From: an uncultured delta proteobacterium
Lineage (GTDB): Bacteria; Desulfobacterota; Binatia; UBA9968
Reading direction: 5' to 3'
Assembly: GCA_963804165.1 (NCBI GenBank)
Contig: CAWDPO010000008.1
Location: 81,894 to 145,893, forward strand
DNA: 64,000 bases
The position numbers and the translations under genes were made by a program. The notes beneath the pieces are model-generated. The model ran no database searches. It saw nothing but the letters and a program-made list of their open reading frames with translations, and was not told the origin of the DNA. Positions 56,746 to 64,000 of this stretch are shown here, piece after piece (the stretch's first letter is position 1; every line of letters starts with the position of its first letter).

Positions 56746-57657
56746 TCAGACTTGCCTAAATCTACTAACTTAATTCTTCTGCAGGGCACGGCTGACGTTG
56801 GATGGATGGCAATTAAGAAAATTCGCTACCTGAGAAGCAAGGTAGCCCTGCTCCAACACGGCTTCGCGGATGAATCGATCCCGGGCCTCTACGACGGTTG
56901 CCAGCCGGCCCTTGCGAAGCAATATCTCGGGCGAAAGTCCCGCCTTGTTGCCACACTCTTAAGTAGGTCCTTCAGCGACGCACGCCGGGAGACGGGCAAA
57001 TGGACTGTTTCTTTAGCGATCTTCTTAACGAAGCGCTCCGGTCCTAAAAATGGCGCCCCATCTCCGGGATGCCATTCTGCTCGATAATTCACTTTCGCTC
57101 CATCCCGGATAAACGCTTCATAACGAGCAGCTGTCCTCAACTCGCCCATCACTGGTCCCGAGTCGATCAGCCCGCGTTTTTCCTTTCCCAAGTATTCTCC
57201 GTGCCCGCTCCATTGCCATTCGTTGGGCCGCTTGACCATTGTAGCCCTGACCGGATTCAGATGAATGTAACGGACCAATTCCAATAAATAGCTATCCCGA
57301 TCGCATACGATGGCCTTGTAGCGCCCCTCAAACAAATGCCCCCGCCGGTGGTGGATCTTGTTAAAGCGTCGGACGTACCCGGTCAGCAGCGATTGCAGAA
57401 TCCTGGCCGTCGGGAAGCGATGGACCTCCAACAACAAATGAAAGTGGTTCGACATCAAGACATAGGCGTAGAGAGAGAACGGGTAGCGTTGACGCACGGT
57501 CCGAAGCGCTTCGATGAAGCCCTGATAGTCGCTTTGGCTGAGAAAAATCTTCTGCCCATCATTGCCGCGGGCTAACACGTGATAAAGCAATCCTTCGGCA
57601 TGAACTCGGGCGTGACGCGGCATCGCTATCATGAGTTAGTAGATTTAGGAAGTCTGA
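56746..57657 (-). mobile_element. Compact ~912-bp element: HUH/Y1 transposase gene bounded by 24-25 bp inverted repeats
   Basis: Left TCAGACTTGCCTAAATCTACTAACT (56746-56770); right AGTTAGTAGATTTAGGAAGTCTGA (57634-57657). Confidence 0.85.
56770..57632 (-). CDS. RAYT-like (IS200/Y1 HUH) tyrosine transposase with C-terminal HTH (frameshift near 56946)
   Basis: MPR.AR..YHV.ARGN, YVLMSNHFHLL (HUH), GHLFEGRYKA, RYIHLNPVRA (catalytic Y), WSGH; corrected C-terminus ...EARDRFIREAVLEQGYLASQVANFLNCHPSNVSRALQKN*. Confidence 0.92.
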
Positions 57658-57761
57658 TCACCACTAGCTGCCTAGGTTTCTTCAATGCACCGGCTAGGCG
57701 CGAGCATCGAGAAACAAGCAGAGCTAAAGCATAGCGCTTGATATACGGGTTGGCTTGGCTA

Positions 57762-59081
57762 CTACCCGTCAATGCCGTGCTGATTTGTCCTGGCTCGGGC
57801 AAGTGCCGTTCGGCGGCCCTCCTCACGTAAATGCCAGCCGAGTCCCCCAATCAGCAGCAGACAGGTAACCAGAGTACTGCCCGCCGCCTGTAGCGGCCGA
57901 AACGCAGGGAGCGGGATTGTGAAAGTGAGAGGAACAAGGGAAACCCAGAACCAGCTCCACCGTCTGAGGCTGGCGGAGCTTGCCGGCGCTGCGGTTAGCA
58001 CAAGATGCAACGCCATGACCAAGGGATAGAAAAGCCATACGAAAAAGTAGGTGAAGGCAAGTGGCGTAAAGATGAGTATCAGCAGCAGAAGAATGGCATG
58101 CTCAAGCGCATCCGACCGATCAGTTCGGTTGTTCTGAGCCGGCATGCAGATGATATACAGCAGGCATAGACCCGCAGCGGCGATCAAAACAACCGCAGTT
58201 ACTTGCCTAAAATCCAAGTCTGCTACATTCACGAACAACGTTTCGTCCTTTTTTCGGTGAGCGTTGACCGGGCGAAGAAGGCGATGCGCGACGGCGACCA
58301 GGGAGTGATTGGCCCAACTAAAGCCACGCCGCTCACGTTGAGAGATCGAGCCGGCCTCGTAACGCGTCATTCCTTCTGTCCACGTCTTAAGGTCCTGAAG
58401 GTTACGATCGTAGCCGCGAAATGGCGCCGGGACTGCGATGAGAAACAAGATCAGGAATGCCAAAGTTGAGATAGTCGCCTTCCAGTATCTGCGGTATACC
58501 AGGTAACCGATCGCCAACACGGGAAACGCCTTGATAGCAGTCGCTAGTGCGATCAGAGCTCCCGCTGTCCATGCCTTTTGCCTCCGTAGGCAAGCAAAAG
58601 CTCCTAGCATGAGCGCCAAGAGAAAAAGGTTCGGTTGCCCCAGCGCAAAGTTCTCTGCCGCATAAGGCAGGCAACAGACGGCGGGCAAAAGATAAAGCAG
58701 AGGGGTAGCGGGCGTTAGAGTACCGGTAACAAGATACACACAAAGCAGAGCAGAAGCGATCCATGCAATTGAGTACAACAGGACTAGAAGGATGATCAGC
58801 GGCAGTTCGCCGAAATAGCTCGGAATCGCGAAAAGAGTGGCAGCCGGCGGAGGATACATGAACTGAAATGTTCCATCGCCTCGATGCCAATATATATCAT
58901 CACCGCGAATCACACTCTGCCCGACCTCGAAATACGTCGCGTAATCTTTGGCGCTTCCGCGTAAGTAATTAGCGATGGGCCAAAGAGCGAGAATCGCGGT
59001 GGTGACCGCCAAAAAAATTATGACTACTTTGGATAGTTTCAAATTAACTGAATACATAGCGTCATAACCTTCCCATGCCAA
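57762..59081 (-). CDS. Glycosyltransferase family 87 (DUF2029-type GT-C membrane protein)
   Basis: D..TY, FMYPP, GQPN, ALATAIK.FP, NHSL; many TM segments. Confidence 0.85.
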   Translation of the reverse strand: MAWEGYDAMYSVNLKLSKVVIIFLAVTTAILALWPIANYLRGSAKDYATYFEVGQSVIRGDDIYWHRGDGTFQFMYPPPAATLFAIPSYFGELPLIILLVLLYSIAWIASALLCVYLVTGTLTPATPLLYLLPAVCCLPYAAENFALGQPNLFLLALMLGAFACLRRQKAWTAGALIALATAIKAFPVLAIGYLVYRRYWKATISTLAFLILFLIAVPAPFRGYDRNLQDLKTWTEGMTRYEAGSISQRERRGFSWANHSLVAVAHRLLRPVNAHRKKDETLFVNVADLDFRQVTAVVLIAAAGLCLLYIICMPAQNNRTDRSDALEHAILLLLILIFTPLAFTYFFVWLFYPLVMALHLVLTAAPASSASLRRWSWFWVSLVPLTFTIPLPAFRPLQAAGSTLVTCLLLIGGLGWHLREEGRRTALARARTNQHGIDG

Positions 59082-59104
59082 TGAAAATCTTCATGAACGG
59101 GCGT

Positions 59105-59212
59105 CCAGCCCAGCTTCATAGAACCAAATCGCCCCGGCGCGGAAACTGCCGGACGGCGACGCCTGGAGCTACGAGGCCAAGCTTGACGGGTATCGCTGCC
59201 TCGCCGTTATTC
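59105..59212 (+). pseudogene. N-terminal remnant of an ATP-dependent DNA ligase (LigD ligase-domain-like)
   Basis: PSFIEP then KLPDGDAWSYEAKLDGYRCLAVI (ligase motif I, E-x-K-x-D-G-x-R); breaks off at gatttgacgccc. Confidence 0.8.
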
Positions 59213-59541
59213 GATTTGACGCCCACGATGGACGGGCAATCGATCGATAAACTCAAAGTTCGAATACTATGCTTAAAGTCAGACAGCATATGCTTAGAGT
59301 CCAGACATCACAATCTTTACAATCTTCTCGAATCCACGCTGGGGAAGCCCGAAGTGTCAAGGCTTGCATAGATGAATGACACTCTAGGATCATCAAGCAC
59401 TCGAGTCTCACAGGGTCGGGCATGAGTTATTTCAACTAAGATTCATCCACTCTTCTTCCACCACACCAGATTTTTTTGGGCCATTCTGTGGTCATTTCCG
59501 CGTTGATCTGGCATAGCTGTCAAGATCGCGCTGCTTTCGAC

Positions 59542-59795
59542 ATGCCGCTCTCCCGCAATATAGTTCTCCTCCTCTGCGCCGGCGTCGTGACGATGACATC
59601 CATCGGCATGAATTCGTTCAGCCTGTTTTTGCGACCCATCGAGGCGGAATTCGGCTGGTCGCGAACAACCGCCACGGTGCCGTACATGTTCGGCATGCTC
59701 GGCTGGGCGGTAGGCGGCGTCTTCTTCGGCAAACTGGCCGACGACTTGGGCGCCCGCAAGGTCATTCTCACAGGGATTCTGCTCATGGCGGCGGG
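59542..59795 (+). pseudogene. N-terminal fragment of an MFS transporter
   Basis: FSLFLRPIEAEFGWSR...GKLADDLGARKV (MFS motif A), then unrelated sequence. Confidence 0.8.
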
Positions 59796-59977
59796 GTGGA
59801 GAGCGGTGTCTGGGTGGAGACGCGGTGTCTGGCTTTCATATTGCCTTATGGTAGTTGTGACGCCTGGCTTGGACTAAGTCCCGTTCCTTCACGCCAAAAG
59901 CAGCGGAAGTCAGGTGCAGTAACTCTGAAAATCTTGCTCTTGGCCCGACACCTCGCTAGGTTCTCTATGTTCTCACT

Positions 59978-60115
59978 CGAAGTCAAAAGGTCGAGACTCG
60001 ACATGGAACCTATCAGCGGCCAGGAAATCGAAACGATCTACAAAGAATTGATGCACCAGCCCCCGGCCGTCGTGGACTTGGTCAAAAAGCTCGACGAGAA
60101 TTAACAGCCGACCGA
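59978..60115 (+). repeat. 138-bp copy of the 3' end of the TTT binding-protein gene (54134..54271)
   Basis: 3 mismatches by eye; includes the stop codon and 11 bp downstream. Confidence 0.95.
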
Positions 60116-60372
60116 GAGCGCTCGTGGAATTTCCTTGAGTGCCTTATTCTTCGCCGAGTGCCTCTTGATGAACTCGTCACTGCCCAAAGTCAATCCGGAC
60201 CTTTGAGGTCACCCACGCTCGCTTCGCTATCCCGTCTCTGACAAACCCGGGCTGTGCAAAGGTAAAAGATTTGACCCTGACATTTCCTGACATTTCTTAC
60301 TGACATTTCTTATTTGCGTAGAAGCGGGCGGCCGTTGGCAGCGGGAGCGCCATCGTCAATGAAGAATCGGAA

Positions 60373-61266
60373 TCAGGGACTGACATGAAACAGTTTGTCG
60401 CTTGCGCGCAGCTTGTCATGGAGAAAATCAGTCAAGGCTTTGATCGGTGCAACGCCCTTGAGAGCCGGGTGGCTCAGCACCCAAAGGTCGGTGTCGAGTT
60501 CGTCGGCGGGCTCGGCTAAACGCACAAGCTCCCTTTCATCGTCGGCAAGAAAGCACAAAAGCAGTCCTAGTCCCATGCCATTGCGCACGGCGGCGACCAT
60601 CCCGAGCAGGGTATCCACGCGCGCCGCAATGCGCGCTTCAGGAATGTTTTCTCGCATCCATTTCGCCTGGGCCAGATGCGACAGCGCTTCATCGGGCGAG
60701 ACCCAATCGTGGACGGCCCACTCCTTTTTCTTCTGGTTTCTCTTCAGATAGCTCTTCGAAGCGTAGATCGCGCTGCGAAGGCGCCCGACACGCCTGCCGA
60801 CAAGATTTTCAGGAATCATATTCGACGGTCGCACTGCCACGTCGGCTTCGCGCCGGGTCAAGCTCAAGAAGGTATTGTTGATCGCTATTTCCATCTGGAT
60901 CGCCGAATGCAAAGCGCGGAACTCGGCGAGATAAGGCATGAGCAAACCATGCATCAAGGTATCGGTGGTCGTGATGCGAATTGCGCCGTGGAGGCCAAGA
61001 TCCCGCCCGCTCAACCTCGTTTGGGCCGCTACGATCTGCTCGCTTACTCCGCGCAGTTGATTGCGCAGCTCCTCGCCCTGCGCCGTCATCTCGTAGCCGT
61101 CCGGCAGGCGGTCGAACAGCCGAGCGCCCAGCCTCTTTTCCAGGCTCGCAAGGCGGCGAAGCACGGTAGAATGGTTCACGTTCAAGACCTTGGCCGCTCC
61201 GGAAATGGAGCCGCGCTCGCTTACCGCCAGGAAAAACCGCAGATCATCCCAATCCAGGTTGTGCAT
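60373..61266 (-). CDS. LysR family transcriptional regulator
   Basis: WDDLRFFLAV...GSISGAA..L.V.HSTV.RRL..LE..LG..LF.R; L.RREADVAVR. Confidence 0.95.
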   Translation of the reverse strand: MHNLDWDDLRFFLAVSERGSISGAAKVLNVNHSTVLRRLASLEKRLGARLFDRLPDGYEMTAQGEELRNQLRGVSEQIVAAQTRLSGRDLGLHGAIRITTTDTLMHGLLMPYLAEFRALHSAIQMEIAINNTFLSLTRREADVAVRPSNMIPENLVGRRVGRLRSAIYASKSYLKRNQKKKEWAVHDWVSPDEALSHLAQAKWMRENIPEARIAARVDTLLGMVAAVRNGMGLGLLLCFLADDERELVRLAEPADELDTDLWVLSHPALKGVAPIKALTDFLHDKLRASDKLFHVSP

Positions 61267-61374
61267 CTTTGCATACCTCTTTTGCAAGTTTTGCGAATTG
61301 TGCACTGAAATACCAGACCTAGAATTCAACTTAGATTGAAAGTTAGCTTTCAACGTCTCCAGGGGAGGGGCGCC

Positions 61375-61425
61375 ATGATCGATCTTTACACTTACGCGAC
61401 GCCTGACGGTTGCAAGGCCTCGAGA
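61375..61425 (+). pseudogene. N-terminal stub of a glutathione S-transferase (YfcG-like), divergent from LysR
   Basis: GGAGG RBS; MIDLYTYATPDGCKAS resembles the MIDLY..TPNG.K start of this GST class. Confidence 0.55.
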
Positions 61426-61476
61426 CGGGACTACCGTACGCCGTGCATGTCGATCTCAATCAAAAAGGAGGAGAAA

Positions 61477-62133
61477 ATGATGGATACAGAAATTGTTCGA
61501 TTGCATAGGGAAGGCAAACGCGCAGAGTCGCTTGACAGGTTCGCTGAAAAGTATCAGGCGCGGCTTCTCGCGCTTGCTCGTCGCGTAATAGGAAACCATG
61601 AGGACGCACTGGACACTCTCCAGGAAATTTTGATTCAGGTTGATCAATCATTGCCGAGATTCAAGGGCAAGTCTTCGCTTTACACCTGGGCGTTTCGTCT
61701 CGCTACCAACGTCTGCTTAAATTACGAAACGAGACTCGGCCGGACGAACAGCCACGCGCCGCTCGACGAAGGGTCAAGCGATGCCATCTTGCTGCCGGTT
61801 GCCCGACCCGATGACAACCCTGACACGAGCTGCCGGTCCCGCTTCAGGCAGCACCTGGTGGAGCAAGCGTTGCTGAAATTGCCGGAAACGCAGCGCGCGG
61901 TGTTGGTATTATGCGACTTGGAGGACATGACTGCGTTAGAGATCGCAAAGATCTTGCAACTCAGCGTGAATGTCGTCAAATCGCGCTTGCACCGCGCGCG
62001 GGCAACGCTCAAAAGAATGGTGGAAAAAGAGTTCGAGGCTTTAGGAGTCGAGGTGGATGGCGTTCACACTTTCGAGTGTACTTGGCAGTACCTTACTGCG
62101 AGCGCAAAAGACGCAGCGCCTGCATCGATATAG
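61477..62133 (+). CDS. ECF sigma-70 family RNA polymerase sigma factor
   Basis: AGGAGG RBS; DA.D.LQE, F.G.SSLYTW.FR.A.N.CLN, LP..QR.VLVL, EIA.IL...VKSRLHRAR. Confidence 0.9.
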   Translation: MMDTEIVRLHREGKRAESLDRFAEKYQARLLALARRVIGNHEDALDTLQEILIQVDQSLPRFKGKSSLYTWAFRLATNVCLNYETRLGRTNSHAPLDEGSSDAILLPVARPDDNPDTSCRSRFRQHLVEQALLKLPETQRAVLVLCDLEDMTALEIAKILQLSVNVVKSRLHRARATLKRMVEKEFEALGVEVDGVHTFECTWQYLTASAKDAAPASI

Positions 62134-62230
62134 GGTTTCTATTGCTCGGGCTCATTGCATGACGGAAATCGCCTTTATGAAGTGACAGCCGGCCCAAGCG
62201 CTATGTTGGGCCGGGCTGCCGCTCGGGTTC

Positions 62231-62890
62231 TTACTTTCGCCAACGGGCTGCCGCGTGTTGTTGGAGTTGCGTCCCGGTGTAGTAAAGCGCGGGAACCAGG
62301 TCGCCGAACAATTGCCCGCTGACTTCGTCGGTCGGTTGGAGATGGTTGTATTGCAGTTCTGTGAGAATGTTGGCGGTGTTCATAACGACCACGCCAGCGT
62401 GAACCAGACGCAGAATTGCAATTTGCTGGTCGAGCGGACTCCACGTGCCGGACGCGTCGATAACTCCGTAGACATCATAGCCGGCTTGCAATGCCGAGAG
62501 CGCCGGAAACATCAAGCAGATGTCTGTCGTGCATCCGGCGATGACCAGCTTGCGGCGACCCGTAGCTGCAATCGCCTTGACGAACGCCGGGTCGTCCCAA
62601 GCATTAATCGGACCCGTACGATGAATGATCGGCGCGTCGGGCAGTATTTCCACAAGTTCCGGCAGAATCGGTCCAGCGAAGCCTTCAGGCATATTATCGC
62701 TAAGAACCGTCGGCAGGTTGTGCAGCTTGGCGATCTTCGCCAGTGCGACAACGTTGTTGCGGAAACGCACCGGATCGATGTCACCGACGCCCGTCATGAT
62801 GGCGGCTTGATGATCGATGAACAGCATCACGGCGTTGTCGGGCGTAATAAACTCCCTGTGCGGATTGCGGTTGTTGGTTGAATCGTTCAT
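62231..62890 (-). CDS. Isochorismatase-family (YcaC-like) cysteine hydrolase
   Basis: LFIDHQ, R.G.INAWD, TGRRKLVIAG..TDIC..FPAL, DASGT. Confidence 0.9.
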   Translation of the reverse strand: MNDSTNNRNPHREFITPDNAVMLFIDHQAAIMTGVGDIDPVRFRNNVVALAKIAKLHNLPTVLSDNMPEGFAGPILPELVEILPDAPIIHRTGPINAWDDPAFVKAIAATGRRKLVIAGCTTDICLMFPALSALQAGYDVYGVIDASGTWSPLDQQIAILRLVHAGVVVMNTANILTELQYNHLQPTDEVSGQLFGDLVPALYYTGTQLQQHAAARWRK

Positions 62891-62986
62891 AGAACACTCC
62901 TTTCCTTTTTCTGAATTTTTTGGTCTTGCGGTTTCTGCTCTCTAACCCTTAGTCACATGCAGCCGCGAAAAAGATACGCCCGGAGA

Positions 62987-63262
62987 GGTGAGATGGATAA
63001 TTTTCTGAAGCACTTCAAAAAGGCCATCATGGTGCTGCACGAAAAGATCGGTGTACCCATCGTCGGCACCTGGGTGAATCGGCCACAGAACGAATTTATT
63101 TGGGCCAGGACCTACAAAGATAAGGCGGAGCTCGAAGCGAAGACCAAAGAGTTCCAAGCCACGGTCGCGGCCACCGGAGTCAAACTTGGAGCCAACGTTG
63201 CGAAGATGGAAGTGCGCGAGGCCGAATCGGCGCTTGCGTAGAAGCGGATTCGACGGCGGTCA
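62987..63262 (+). pseudogene. 5'-truncated near-identical copy of the NIPSNAP gene (52879..53154)
   Basis: 276 bp with ~11 mismatches by eye; first 12 codons missing. Confidence 0.92.
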
Positions 63263-63732
63263 GCGGTAACGGCAAACAGTCTCAGCCTAAAGAGGTTTAA
63301 AGATCTGAGTCAGTAAGCTCGGTCGTTGAGTCATCGAAGCAAAGGCGAGCAAGATGTGTCAACGCCAAGATGTGTCAACGCAATGTGACCCTCTGGCTGA
63401 CCCAATGTCCGCTCATTGATGCTTATCGTTCTTGGGCCTAGGAATGATCCCTTTATCGAACAGGTACGCCTCTACGTCTGATCGCAGAGTAACACCCCCA
63501 CCCCCCACTGTCTGCCCGAGCACAACCGCTACGACTTGAAGTGCGTTCTCATACGCCCGTCTGGCGTCTCTATCTACCTCTGTGTGAGGTTGCGACAGGA
63601 AATGAAGGTATTTGCGACGTACCTGGCGAGCAGCAGCGTTGTTACAAAAGGATCACGCAGTTGAATCCGGCGCGGTGGGCGTTAAGGTACGAAATGAGCC
63701 CAGGTAGTGTTTTTACTTGAACGGAGTGGATT

Positions 63733-64000
63733 ATGGCCAAATGGTTTTTTGAAGCGGGTCATACGGCAGCGGAGTTTTGTGTGCGTCACATGATGGTGAC
63801 TTTTGTCCGCGGCCATTTTAAAGATATTCACGGCACCCTTGTCTTCGATCCGGGGGACCCGGGCGTGGCCTCCGTCGAGGCCACGCTCGAAGCTTCTGGA
63901 ATATGGACAGGTGAAGCAGCGCGGGACGCCCACCTCAAGAGCGAGGACTTTCTCGACGTGGAGAAACACCCGAAGATCACTTTCGCAGGGAAGCAGGTCG
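63733..64000 (+). CDS. YceI family protein, runs off window (not in ORF track)
   Basis: MAKWFFEAGHTAAEFCVRHMMVTFVRGHF...TG...RDAHLKSEDFLDVEKHPKITF. Confidence 0.9.
   Translation, partial: MAKWFFEAGHTAAEFCVRHMMVTFVRGHFKDIHGTLVFDPGDPGVASVEATLEASGIWTGEAARDAHLKSEDFLDVEKHPKITFAGKQV

Noticed and set aside
58198-58220. Partial match ACTTGCCTAAA to the transposase repeat inside the GT87 gene
   Set aside because: Only 11 bp, within an intact coding sequence; plausibly chance
59796-60104. 102-aa ORF as a real gene
   Set aside because: Chimeric frame formed by non-coding junction sequence fused to the duplicated TTT tail
29400-64000. Classical integron or superintegron
   Set aside because: No tyrosine recombinase in the window, no recurring RYYYAAC...GTTRRRY attC sites by eye, and cargo lies on both strands

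Overview
Bacterial genomic DNA of moderately high GC. The gene content (many NitT/TauT-type and tripartite-tricarboxylate (Bug/TctC) binding proteins, amidohydrolases, family III CoA-transferases, MmgE/PrpD) resembles a soil Deltaproteobacteria-like lineage such as Ca. Binatia; this placement is inference. Many genes carry single-base frameshifts, most likely long-read assembly errors. The left ~29 kb is housekeeping and metabolic: CBS/CorC protein, hisC, clpB, tandem MFS pumps, dinB, hemE-hemH-hemY, CoA-transferases and an acyl-CoA ligase. It also holds an unexplained operon of a ~1336-aa repetitive coiled-coil protein plus two atypical single-domain KaiC/RAD55-like ATPases behind a candidate sigma-54 promoter. 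The right ~35 kb is a mosaic of short unrelated genes, three type II TA pairs, a Fic gene, a bacterial voltage-gated Na+ channel, truncated genes and duplicated gene 3' ends. Many junctions carry a same-strand AAAG(A/T)(C/T)(C/T)TGACCC-like motif. That motif resembles the 24-25 bp inverted repeats that tightly bracket a RAYT-like HUH (Y1) transposase gene, suggesting an integrase-free, HUH-driven gene-shuffling array. The SelO/YdiU gene ends TF-UGA-GT followed by a SECIS-like hairpin, a candidate bacterial selenocysteine SelO. No rRNA, tRNA or CRISPR array was seen.
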